Translations under genes and position numbers: made by a program
The notes under the pieces: generated by a model
The model's database searches: none
What the model was told of the DNA's origin: nothing
The model's input: the letters and a program-made list of their open reading frames with translations, nothing else
NCBI GenBank assembly: GCA_965225945.1
Contig: CBDDBZ010000031.1
Coordinates: 1-64,000 of the forward strand
Source of the DNA: Alphaproteobacteria bacterium
Lineage (GTDB): Bacteria > Pseudomonadota > Alphaproteobacteria > GCA-2731375
DNA: 64,000 nucleotides
Direction of reading: 5' to 3'
Shown: piece by piece, positions 22,798 through 32,354 of the stretch
How positions within the stretch are numbered: the stretch's first letter is position 1
Layout of the letters: every line of letters begins with the position of its first letter

Positions 22798-23242
22798 GGC
22801 ATGTCCTCCGGTTGAAAACACCCCATCGTGGCACACAGGGCTTGTATTTGCTAGGGCTTGTATTTCCTGGTCACACGAACTTACGCCGCGCCTGTCGCGC
22901 AAACGCCGCGTCCTTTTCCATCCGCTCCGACACGATGCGCTCCACCAGTCGCGAACGGCGCGAACACTCGCCGTTTGGTTCGTTACGTAATGCAGGCCTC
23001 CCAGAATGACCGAGTTGGGTCGATATTCTCCTGTTAGCACCTGCTAATATTAATGAGGTGGACGGCCCCACACAGCATCTATGTGCCAGAGAGTGGTAGC
23101 TGTTAGCGATCCACTATCAAAGCAGCGGTCCTATGACAGAAGTTAGCACGATTGGTTTGGATCTGGCGAAGAACGTCTTTCAGGTTCACGGAGTTGACGA
23201 TGCGGGCGAGGTCGTGGTCCGCCGTCAGCTGAGGCGAAGCCA

Positions 23243-25663
23243 GCTTGTGTAGCGTGAGGTCTGGAAATTTGGCTTCGCCCCGCGCCGGGGTATACCCCGG
23301 CGCGGGGCGATCCGTCATTTTGGTTATCCATGAAAGCGTCCAAACAAACATGGAGAACCAGTATGCGGAAAGACCAGGATAGCGCTGTCGAGGCTTTGGT
23401 GGAACAATTGATCGAAGGCGGTAGCGAGAACATGGCGACGGTCTTCGCCGGCCTTTTCAATCTCGCCATGCGGATCGAGCGGGAGAGGTTCTTGGGCGCC
23501 GGCCACTATGAGCGCACGCCGGAGCGGCGGGGATACGCCAACGGCACCAGACCCAAGAAGATCGACACCCCGGCCGGTACGGTGAGGCTCGAGGTTCCCA
23601 AGACCGCCGGTCATGAGGCGCCTTTTTACCCCCAAGCCCTGGAGCGCGGACGGCGCTCCTGCCGCGCTGTCATGCTGGCCGTGGCGGAGATGTATATCAA
23701 GGCTCAATTCGTGAATTGTATGCATTAGTGATAGAGTGCCTGCAACGTCAGGAGGTTGGGTTATGGACGGCAAGGGTTTCCAGGTGTGGCTTTCGGCGGC
23801 GCGCGGGCTGACGCGCGCGCAGCGGCGCGAGGCGCTCGCGGTGCTGTCGGGCCGGAGCGAGGGCGAGGCATCGAAGGCCGCGATCGAGCTTGGTGTGGAC
23901 GAGGCCCGGCGCTGTCCGCACTGCGCGAGCGAAGGGGCGGTTTCGCGCGGTATGGCGCGGGGTCTGCGGCGCTACCAGTGCAAGGGCTGCGGCAGGACCT
24001 TCAATCCAGGCCTCGGCGCCGCGCGCAAGGCCGTCCTCGGCCGCGACATCTGGCGCGCTGAGCGGTACGCCGCTGTCGGGCTTGCACCACAAGGAACGCT
24101 GGCTGTCGTTCGGGGCGTCGCTGGCGAAGGGGGAGACGGTGAAGGCCTCGGCGGCGCGCTGCGACGTGGCGGTGAGCACGGCGTTCCGCTGGCGTCACCG
24201 GTTTCTGGCGGCGGCGCGGAGCGATTCGGAGGTGCTCAAGGGGATCGTGGAAGCGGACGAGACCTACGTCCTGGAGAGCCGGAAGGGCGCGCGCGGGCTG
24301 GGGCGCAAGGCACGGCGGCGGGGCGGCAAGGCGAAGAAGCGCGGCCTCTCGCGCGAGCAGGTACCGGTTCTCATGGCGGCGGACCGGAGCGGAACGACGG
24401 TCAGCGCGGTGCTGCCCAGGGTCGATGCGGCGGCGCTCACGGCTGCCCTCGACCCGGTGGTCGCGAAGGACGCCCTGCTGGTCTCCGACGGCGGCGCGAG
24501 CTACCCACCGTGCGCCGCCGCGCTCGGGGTGAGCCACGAAGCACTCAACCGCTCGATGGGGGAACGGGTTCGGGGCGATCTGCATGTGCAGACGGTGAAC
24601 AGCCGCCACAGCCGGTTGAAGGACTTCCTGCGTCCCCGCCGCGGCATCGCCACCCGCTATCTGGACAACTACCTGAGCTGGTCCACCTCGTCGGCCTCGC
24701 CCCCGGCGCCAATGACCGAGCCTGCCTCGCCGCCGCCGTAACAAGGTGACGCATACAATTCACGAATTGAGCCTATATCAAAGGCGTCTCCACCCGTGAC
24801 GCCGAGGCGGTGATGCGCGAGTTCGGCCTGGAGAGCCTGTCGTCGAGCCAGGTCAGCCGCGCCGCCAAGCTCTTGGATGGGGAGCTGGATGCCTGGCGCA
24901 ACCGGCCGCTGGGCGAGATCCGCTACCTGCTCCTCGACGCGCGCTATGAGAAAGTCCGAGAGGGTGGCGTGGTGCGCGACGCCGCCGTGCTCTCGGTGAT
25001 CGGCATCGGCCCCGACCAGCGCCGCCGGGTGCTCGGTGTTTCCTGTGCGCTCTCCGAGGCCGAAGTGCACTGGCGCGCCTTCCTGGAGACCCTGGTTGCC
25101 GGTGGCATGCGCGGTGTCGCCTATATCGTTTCCGATGATCATCCAGGCCTCGGCGCCGCGCGCAAGGCCGTCCTCGGCGGCGCCGTCTGGCAGCGCTGTC
25201 AGTACCATCTGGCTCAAAACGCCATCCATCACGCCCCCAACCTCGCCATCCGAAAGGCCATCGGCAAGGAGCTGCGCCGGGTCTGGAACGCCGCCGACGG
25301 CAAGGCCGCCGAGGCCGAGCTGGGCCATCTGGTGGCGGCCTACCGCGACAGCGCCCCCAAGCTCGCCGATTGGCTGGAGACGGCGATCCCCGAGGGCCTC
25401 GCCGTCTTCGCCCTGCCCGAGCGCCACCAAAAGCGCATGCGAACCTCGAACCCCATGGAGCGATCCATCCAGCAGGAGATCAAGCGCCGCACCGTAAAGG
25501 TCAGGGTCTTTCCCAACGAGGCCTCGCTCGAACGTCTGGTCACCGCCATCCTCGTCGAAATCGACGAGAAATGGGAAACCACCGAAAAACCCTACATCAC
25601 TTGGAAAGCAGAGGATGACTGATCAACGGCGTTCCGAATTTCCACACATCAGGTTGCTCAATC
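23243..25663 (+). mobile_element. IS256-family copy B, interrupted by IS1595
   Basis: 8-bp TSD CGAAGCCA (23235-23242, 25664-25671). Matches copy A. Confidence 0.92.
23701..24773 (+). mobile_element. IS1595-family type A, copy 3, frameshifted (49-bp insertion, 1-bp deletion)
   Basis: TSD TATATCAA. 1073 bp versus 1025 bp for the other copies. Confidence 0.9.
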
Positions 25664-26167
25664 CGAAGCCAGGTCATTGCCTTCTTCAAGAAGCTGAGGC
25701 GAAGCCAGGTCATTGCCTTCTTCAAGAAACTGCCGCTGTGTCTGGTCGGCATCGAGGCCTGCGCGACGTCGCACCATTGGGCTCGCGAGCTGCAGGCGCT
25801 CGGCCATGAGGTGCGGATCATGCCGGCCCATTACGTGAAGGCCTACGTGAAGCGGAACAAGAACGATGCGGCCGACGCGGCAGCGATCTGCGAGGCGGTG
25901 GCGGGCGGTGGGGCGGCCAAGTATGCGCTTTGTGGCGGTGAAAAGCCCGGAGCAGCAAAGCTTGCTAATGCTGCACCGCAGCCGCTCGCTGCTGGTTTGC
26001 CAGCGCACCATGCTGGTGAACGCGATCCGTGCCCATTTGGCGGAGTTCGGCATTGTCGCACCGCTTGCCGGGCAGGCGTGAAGGCGCCGCTGGCGGTGAT
26101 CGCCGATCCAGACGAGGCCCGTCTCCCAGGCCTGGCCCGGAGCTGTCTGGAAAGTCTGGTCGCCGCC

Positions 26168-26509
26168 ACGGTGGCGATCGTGGTGCTGACGCTGATCGGC
26201 GATCCGGTCATGTTCATCGTCGGCGTCTCGGTGCTGGGCTTCGCCCTCTTCGCCGTGCGCCCGGTGCTGCAGGGCTGGATGATGGACCTGACGCCGAGCG
26301 CTCTCGGCGGTTCGGCGACGAGCTTGATGTTCGGCGTGCAGGCGCTGTTTTCGGTCATGGCGCCGGCGATCGGCGGCCTGATCGCCGACAGCCATGGACT
26401 CCTGGTGGTGTTCTATTGCCTGGCCGGCTCCATGTGCATCGCCAACCTGCTCGGCTATCTGCTGCCGAAAGACGCGCCGACCCGCGCCCGAGCCGGCGCC
26501 GGGGATTGA
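26168..26509 (+). pseudogene. MFS transporter C-terminal fragment
   Basis: Hydrophobic helices, with MDLTP....GSA.S.MFG and APAIGGLIADSHG. Fused to the IS110 remnant. Confidence 0.7.
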
Positions 26510-26738
26510 GGCCGCCCGATGGGTGACTCCCCTGTCCCCACCCCCATCGAGGGACGATCCCTGGAGGTGGATCCGTTCTCGGGGAGGCGGACCACGACCT
26601 TCATGCACGGCTGCGTCCGGCACCGACATGACTGGCGACGTGGCCGAAGACGACCCTCGACGAATGCACTGGTCGTGAACGGTGTTTGTCGTATACCTTC
26701 GGAATTAGAGCATGATCCATGTGGCCGGAGACTAGACG

Positions 26739-28367
26739 TTGCCTAAGGAAAATCTGCTGGTCTATGTGGTCGACAAGGTAGGCGAGACCTTCGAGGGACG
26801 TATCATCGTCGCCCGCAATCAGCGAATATCCGATTTTCTGAACGCGGAGAACGCCTTCGTCCCCATCGAATTGCATGACGGGACGATCCATCTGCTCGGT
26901 CGGCGCGCGATCAGCCGCGTGGCGCCACGAGAGGAGGAGGAAGGTGGCGCGCCGAGCCAAGGCGCCTACTACCTCCTAGGAATATCCGACAAGCTGACCA
27001 AGCGGAAGTCCGCCGTCTCGGTGCTCACCGGGGACGGCGAGGTCTTCGAGGGACATTTCTTCGTCACCGGCGATCAGCGACTATCCGATCTGCTGAACAG
27101 GGAAAGCGTCTTCGTCCCCTTCGAATTCCTTGACGGAAAAATTCAATTGATCCATCGCAGTACGATCAGCCGCGTGGTACCACGAGAGGAGGAGGAAGGT
27201 GGCGCGCCGAGCCAAGGCGCCTACTACCTCCTAGGAGTATCCAACAAGCTGACCAAGCGGAAGCCCGCCGTCTCGGTGGTCACCAAGGACGGCCAAATCT
27301 TCGAGGGACGTTTCTTCGTCACCGGCGATCAGCGAATATCCGATTTGCTGAACGGAAGGAACGCCTTCGTCCCCTTCGAAATTCATGGCGCTACAATCCA
27401 TCTGCTCGCTCGCAGCGCGATCGGCCACGTGGTGCCGCGAGAGGACGACAGTGACGCGTCGGCCCACGTTTACCAAGCACAAGCGCCTTCCAAGCGGACC
27501 AAGCGGAAGTCCCCCGTCTCGCTAGTCACCGAGGACGGCGAATTTTTCGAGGGACATGTCTTCGTCGCCAGCGATCAGCGAACCTCTGATGTGCTGAACG
27601 ATGGCAGCCTTTTCGTCCCCTTCGAATTCCTCGACGGAAAAATTCATCTGATCCATCGCAGTACGATCAGCCGCGTGGTACCACGAGAGGAGGAAGGTGG
27701 CGCGTCGGAAGGCATTTACTTCGGACAAGCACCTTTTCGGCAGTCGAAGCGGAAGTCCCCCATCTTGGTGGTCGCCAAGGACGACGAAGTCTTCGAGGGA
27801 CATTTCTTCGTCGGCGGAATCCAGCGAATTTCCGATCTGCTGAACGCGGAGAGCGAGTTTGTTCCCTTCGAACTCCTCGACGGCACGATCCATCTGCTCG
27901 CTCGCAGCGCGATCCGCCGCGTGGTGCCGCGAGAGGACGACGGCGGCGTGTCGGAAGGCTCCTACCTCACACAAGCACCTTTCAAGCAGTCGATGCGGAG
28001 GTTCCCCGCCGCGGTGATCACCAAGGACGACGAGGTCTTCGAGGGACACTTCTTCGTCCCCGGGCGTCAGCGATTATCTCAGGTTCTGAAAGTAGAGAAC
28101 GCCTTCGTGCCCTTCGAACTTCTCGACGGTACGATCCAGCTGCTCAATCGGAGCACGATCAACCGTGTGGTCCCGCGAGAGGACGAGGACGAGGACGAAC
28201 CTTCGGCCCAATTCGTTCGCGATGTCTTCAGTAGATCGGCGTGGGTACCAGACTTGGTGATGGAAGGCCCCGCCGAAGCCGAGCAGGGCGTTGATCTTCG
28301 CGAATTTGAGAACGGCGTGGCGGCGCTTGCAAGCGCCGATTACGAAACGGCGCGCGGTGTCTTTTAG
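26739..28367 (+). CDS. Protein of six tandem ~82-86-aa Sm/Hfq-like (DUF6812-like) domains
   Basis: Repeats start near 26739, 26997, 27252, 27498, 27744 and 27990. Consensus KRKSxVxVxTxDGExFEGHFFV..QRxSDLLN...FVPFE..DG.I.L..RS.I.RVVPRE. Confidence 0.75.
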   Translation: MPKENLLVYVVDKVGETFEGRIIVARNQRISDFLNAENAFVPIELHDGTIHLLGRRAISRVAPREEEEGGAPSQGAYYLLGISDKLTKRKSAVSVLTGDGEVFEGHFFVTGDQRLSDLLNRESVFVPFEFLDGKIQLIHRSTISRVVPREEEEGGAPSQGAYYLLGVSNKLTKRKPAVSVVTKDGQIFEGRFFVTGDQRISDLLNGRNAFVPFEIHGATIHLLARSAIGHVVPREDDSDASAHVYQAQAPSKRTKRKSPVSLVTEDGEFFEGHVFVASDQRTSDVLNDGSLFVPFEFLDGKIHLIHRSTISRVVPREEEGGASEGIYFGQAPFRQSKRKSPILVVAKDDEVFEGHFFVGGIQRISDLLNAESEFVPFELLDGTIHLLARSAIRRVVPREDDGGVSEGSYLTQAPFKQSMRRFPAAVITKDDEVFEGHFFVPGRQRLSQVLKVENAFVPFELLDGTIQLLNRSTINRVVPREDEDEDEPSAQFVRDVFSRSAWVPDLVMEGPAEAEQGVDLREFENGVAALASADYETARGVF

Positions 28368-28370
28368 CCC

Positions 28371-28712
28371 TTGGCGGAACACGGTCTCGCCAGGGCGCAA
28401 GTCCAGCTCGCTCTCATTTACGAAAATGGCCACGGCGTGCCGCGAGATTACGATGAAGCCCGCAACTGGTATCTAAAGGCCGCCGAACAGGGCGATTTCC
28501 AGGGTCAATTGGCAGTCGGGCGCATCTATTCCAAGGGCCTTGGGGTTCCGCAGGACCTGGTCTGGGCATCCATGTGGTTCATCATCGCGGCGGCGAAGGG
28601 AGTCGAAGATGCCGCCGTAAACCGCAATGAAGTTGAGGATTTGATGACCCGGGCCGACGTATCCAAGGCGCAACGCCTCGCCCGCAAGTGGATGGCCAAG
28701 CACGGGAAGTAG
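28371..28712 (+). CDS. Sel1-like repeat module, in frame with the upstream ORF beyond a TAG
   Basis: LAEHG.A.AQ..L..IY..G.GVPRD..EA..WY.KAAEQG. Confidence 0.85.
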   Translation: MAEHGLARAQVQLALIYENGHGVPRDYDEARNWYLKAAEQGDFQGQLAVGRIYSKGLGVPQDLVWASMWFIIAAAKGVEDAAVNRNEVEDLMTRADVSKAQRLARKWMAKHGK

Positions 28713-29139
28713 GCGACCGTTTTATTGAGGGCAAAAACCGCAAAGACGTCGCCCTCGCGCGCGCGTTTTTGGGCGTCGCAACCCCCGACGCGTCATGCCC
28801 TCACGATCTCCTTCCCTGACGTTGATGCTGCTCGCCAGCGTGAGCACCTAGATGCTGGACGTCCGGTGCGACCGCTGGGAGGATCGGAGTCCTTCTGGGA
28901 GACGCGGGAAGGGCTACTGGACGTCGCCTTGCCACATAACCGCGTGCGGCCGACCGAGGCCGCTTCCCGGCTCTTGAAATCGTTCCCACCGCACTACGAG
29001 CCCGGCGCCCTCGGCGCGCTGGTGGTGCGGGAGGCGGCAGAGTGAACGACGACCAGCTTTCCCCACGGCCGGTTGGGAACATCCCCAACGGACCTGGGCC
29101 CGATGGGTTCGCGATCGAAATTGAGGAATCGCCGCTCGA

Positions 29140-29492
29140 GCCGGAACTCGATCGCTCGGATGTTGTCTCTGGCCTTGGATTTCGGGCCCCGGCTTTTCCG
29201 GAGAGCGCCGATAGCGGGGACGTAGTTCTCGCCCTCTACGGAAGCGGCGTTTCCTGCCGCTCCGGGCCGCCCTCGGCCGGGAACTCGATCAACGTCGCCC
29301 TCACACGACCTCGTCGGCCTCCCGCTCCTGGGGCAGGCTCGGGTTCTCCGGCAGCAGGCTCCGCAGTAGCTCGTGGGCCTCGTGGCTCTTCTGGTCGAGG
29401 TGCTTGTCCATCTGGCCGCTGCGGCGGAGCTGGTTGAACATCCGAGGGGCTTGGTCCCTCATCGCCAGTAGGAACGGGAGCTTGAATTCCAT
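29140..29492 (-). pseudogene. Probable phage/ICE remnant: small frameshifted ORF plus a DarB-like methylase/helicase N-terminal motif
   Basis: MEFKLPFLLAMRDQAPRMF..EREADEVV continues RATLIEFP after a TG duplication. The overlapping frame reads GENYVPAIGAL..SRGPKSKARDNIRAIE. Confidence 0.35.
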
Positions 29493-29656
29493 CTTCCGTC
29501 TCCTGTTGGACAGGTGGTGTCGGGCCGCGCTCCGGCCATCGTTCGGGTCGAACTCGTCGAAGCGGCGTCTAGCTGTGTTACCTAAATCTGTTACCTATTG
29601 GCGGTCTCTAAACGCTACAAGGAGCTACGATTTCTCCTAACTCCTTGTTTTTTTAA

Positions 29657-29732
<76 letters not shown>

Positions 29733-29735
29733 ATG

Positions 29736-30056
29736 TCACGCCCGCGGCTTTTCCTCCGCCTTCCCCTTCGTCTCCCCATCGTCGTCGTCGTCGGCGCCGT
29801 CCTCTGTGGTGTCGTCGTCCGGGCCGCCGCCGCCGTCCTCGTCGACGGCCGCCTTGGTGGTCTCCTCGCTCGGGGCCTTCTTGGCCACCGCCTCGGTCCG
29901 CCGCGGCGCCGTGCGCGCCCGCTTGGTCTTGCTCGAATTGGCCGTCACGAAGGTCGTTTCGCACTTCGGGCAGACGATCGGTGCACGGGCGAAGTCGTAA
30001 AACTTGGCCCCACAATTCAAGCAAATGCGCTTGCTACCCCATCCCGCTTTGGCCAC
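29736..30056 (-). CDS. TIGR02300 / FYDLN-acid family protein
   Basis: AKAGWGSKRIC..CGAKFYD....PIVCPKC plus an acidic tail. Divergent from aroA, as usual in alphaproteobacteria. Confidence 0.88.
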   Translation of the reverse strand: MAKAGWGSKRICLNCGAKFYDFARAPIVCPKCETTFVTANSSKTKRARTAPRRTEAVAKKAPSEETTKAAVDEDGGGGPDDDTTEDGADDDDDGETKGKAEEKPRA

Positions 30057-30272
30057 CCGCCGACTCCCATCCGCTGCCCACGATCGCCGCCTGGGGGGAA
30101 GCGCATCTCGCCTTCCTGCGCCGCTTCCCCTATTACCCGAACGGCGCGCCCAATGCCATGTCGCGAGGCGGCTGTCAATGCCGTTGGCGACACGGCCAGG
30201 GCCGGCGCGTGGACGCGCCATCCCCCCCCGTGATAGAGAAGCCGCCGCCAGCTTGGAGGCGCCGCCGCCGCC

Positions 30273-31613
30273 ATGACCTCGTTCGTCTCCCGTCCCGTGT
30301 CCAGAATCGCCGGCGATGTCGAGGTGCCGGGCGACAAGTCGATCTCCCATCGCGCTCTGATGTTGGCGGCGCTGGCGGTCGGACGCAGCACCATCGCCGG
30401 CCTGCTCGAGGGCGACGACGTGCTGGCCACGGCCTCGGCGCTCCGCGCGCTCGGCGCCGAGATCGCGCGCGAGGGTGATGCCTGGCGCATCGACGGTGTC
30501 GGCGTCGGTGGTCTGGTCGAACCCGACGACATCCTCGATCTCGGCAACTCCGGGACCGGCGCGCGCCTCTTGCTCGGGCTTCTGGCGAGCCATCCGCTGA
30601 CCGCCGTCGTGACCGGCGATGCCTCGCTGCGCGGCCGCCCCATGGCCCGCATCACCGAGCCGCTATCGCGCCTCGGCGCCCGCTTCCACGGGCGCGCCGG
30701 CGCTCGCCTGCCGATGGCGGTGATCGGCGCCGACCCGGCGATGGCGATCGAGCATAGCCCCCGGGTGGCCTCGGCCCAGGTGAAGTCGGCGGTCCTGCTC
30801 GCCGGCCTGAACGCAGCGGGCGAAACCGTGGTTCACGAGCCCGTGGCGACGCGGGACCACAGCGAACACCTCCTGCGCCACTTCGGCGCCGAGGTCCGGG
30901 TCGAGGCCGGGGCGAGGGGCGGGCGGACGATCCGGCTCGCCGGCCAACCGGAACTGGCGCCCCGCGACGTGCACGTCCCGGGGGATCCGTCTTCCGCCGC
31001 ATTCCCGCTGGTCGCCACCTTGATCGCCGAGTCCGGCGAGGTCCGGTTCCGCGATGTCGGCCTCAACCCGCTTCGCGGCGGCTTGTTGGAGACGCTCTTG
31101 GAGATGGGCGCCGACATCGGGATCGAAAACCGGCGGCTGCGACAGTTCGAGCCGATCGGCGATCTCGTCGTCCGCTCCGGCCGGCTCCGGGGGGTGAGGG
31201 TGCCGGAGGCGCGGGTGGCCTCGATGATCGACGAATATCCGATCCTCGCCGTGGCCGCGGCCTTCGCCGAGGGCCGAACCGTGATGCGGGGCGCGGCCGA
31301 GCTCCGGGTCAAGGAGAGCGACCGGATCCGCGCCATGGCGCGCGGTCTGGCCGCGCTCGGCGTCGAGGTGGAGGAGCTGGAGGACGGCCTGATCGTCACC
31401 GGCGCCGCCGGCCCCCCGCCGCCCCTCGCCGACGGGGATGTCGTGCTGGAGACCGATCACGACCATCGTATCGCCATGTCGTTTCTGGTTTTCGGCTGCG
31501 CCGCCCGAGGCGCCGTGACGATCGACGATGCTCGGCCGATCGACACCAGCTTTCCCGGTTTCACAGCCGTGATGAACGCTCTCGGCGCCGACATGGCCCC
31601 GGCGGCGCCGTGA
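30273..31613 (+). CDS. aroA: 3-phosphoshikimate 1-carboxyvinyltransferase
   Basis: [34 protein letters not shown]. Confidence 0.97.
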   Translation: MTSFVSRPVSRIAGDVEVPGDKSISHRALMLAALAVGRSTIAGLLEGDDVLATASALRALGAEIAREGDAWRIDGVGVGGLVEPDDILDLGNSGTGARLLLGLLASHPLTAVVTGDASLRGRPMARITEPLSRLGARFHGRAGARLPMAVIGADPAMAIEHSPRVASAQVKSAVLLAGLNAAGETVVHEPVATRDHSEHLLRHFGAEVRVEAGARGGRTIRLAGQPELAPRDVHVPGDPSSAAFPLVATLIAESGEVRFRDVGLNPLRGGLLETLLEMGADIGIENRRLRQFEPIGDLVVRSGRLRGVRVPEARVASMIDEYPILAVAAAFAEGRTVMRGAAELRVKESDRIRAMARGLAALGVEVEELEDGLIVTGAAGPPPPLADGDVVLETDHDHRIAMSFLVFGCAARGAVTIDDARPIDTSFPGFTAVMNALGADMAPAAP

Positions 31614-32230
31614 TCATCGCCGTCGACGGACCGGTGGCGGCAGGCAAGGGCACGCTGGCGCGACGGCTCGCGGCGCATTGCGGCCTGGCCTATCTCGACA
31701 CCGGTTCGCTCTATCGCGCCGTGGCGCTGGCGCTCCTCGACCAGGGACTCTCGCCCGACGACGCCGAGGCGGGCGTCGCCGCCGCCGGGCGGCTGAGCCC
31801 CGAGCGGCTCGAGGATCCGAGGCTTCGCGAAGAGTGGGTCGGCGAGGCGGCGAGCCGGGTTGCCGCGTTGGCGCCGGTCCGCGCGGCCTTGCTGGCCTTT
31901 CAGCGGGCATTCGCCGCCCGGCCGCCGGGCGCCGTGCTCGATGGCCGCGATATCGGCACCGTGGTCTGCCCCGAGGCCGAGGTGAAGCTCTTCGTCACCG
32001 CCAGCATCGAGGCCCGCGCCGGGCGCCGTCACGCGGAACTCCGGGCTCGCGGGGCGGACGTCTCGCTCGCCGAGGTGCGCGCCGACCTCGAGCGTCGCGA
32101 TGCCCGCGACCGCGAACGGCGGATCTCGCCGCTTCGCCCCGCCGTCGATGCCCGCTTGCTCGAAACGTCGAATTTGGATATAGAAGCCAGCTTCCAGGCC
32201 GCTCGTGCGATCATCGAGGGGACGCGGTGA
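31610..32230 (+). CDS. cmk: Cytidylate kinase
   Basis: [29 protein letters not shown]. Confidence 0.95.
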   Translation: MIIAVDGPVAAGKGTLARRLAAHCGLAYLDTGSLYRAVALALLDQGLSPDDAEAGVAAAGRLSPERLEDPRLREEWVGEAASRVAALAPVRAALLAFQRAFAARPPGAVLDGRDIGTVVCPEAEVKLFVTASIEARAGRRHAELRARGADVSLAEVRADLERRDARDRERRISPLRPAVDARLLETSNLDIEASFQAARAIIEGTR

Positions 32231-32297
32231 ATCTTACCGCTTTCCCGCGACCCTAAGCTCCGCGACGAAAAGGGCAGTGACGAAAAGGGCCTGGGCG

Positions 32298-32354
32298 ATC
32301 GAAGACCGCCGGGGACAACCGGCCGGCCAGTAACGAAATTACGAGGACGCACGC
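32298..32354 (+). promoter_or_regulatory. Putative structured rpsA leader
   Basis: Short GC stems (GACCGCCGGGGACAACCGGCCGGCC) just upstream of the rpsA RBS, resembling alphaproteobacterial rpsA leaders from memory. Confidence 0.35.

Larger units (their letters stand above)
23051..26165 (+). mobile_element. IS110/IS1111-family remnant (transposase start 23133), interrupted by IS256 and 3'-truncated
   Basis: IGLDLAKNVFQVHG, IEAC..SHHWAR, KRNKNDAADA.AICEA, NAIRAHLAEFG. Several indels. Boundaries approximate. Confidence 0.85.

Noticed and set aside
23051-23132. Functional IS110 bridge/seek RNA system
   Set aside because: The upstream non-coding part is only ~80 bp, the 3' end is deleted and the transposase is multiply disrupted.
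26739-28200. CRISPR array or DGR template/variable repeats
   Set aside because: The repeats are ~250-bp in-frame coding units. There are no spacers, cas genes or reverse transcriptase in the window.
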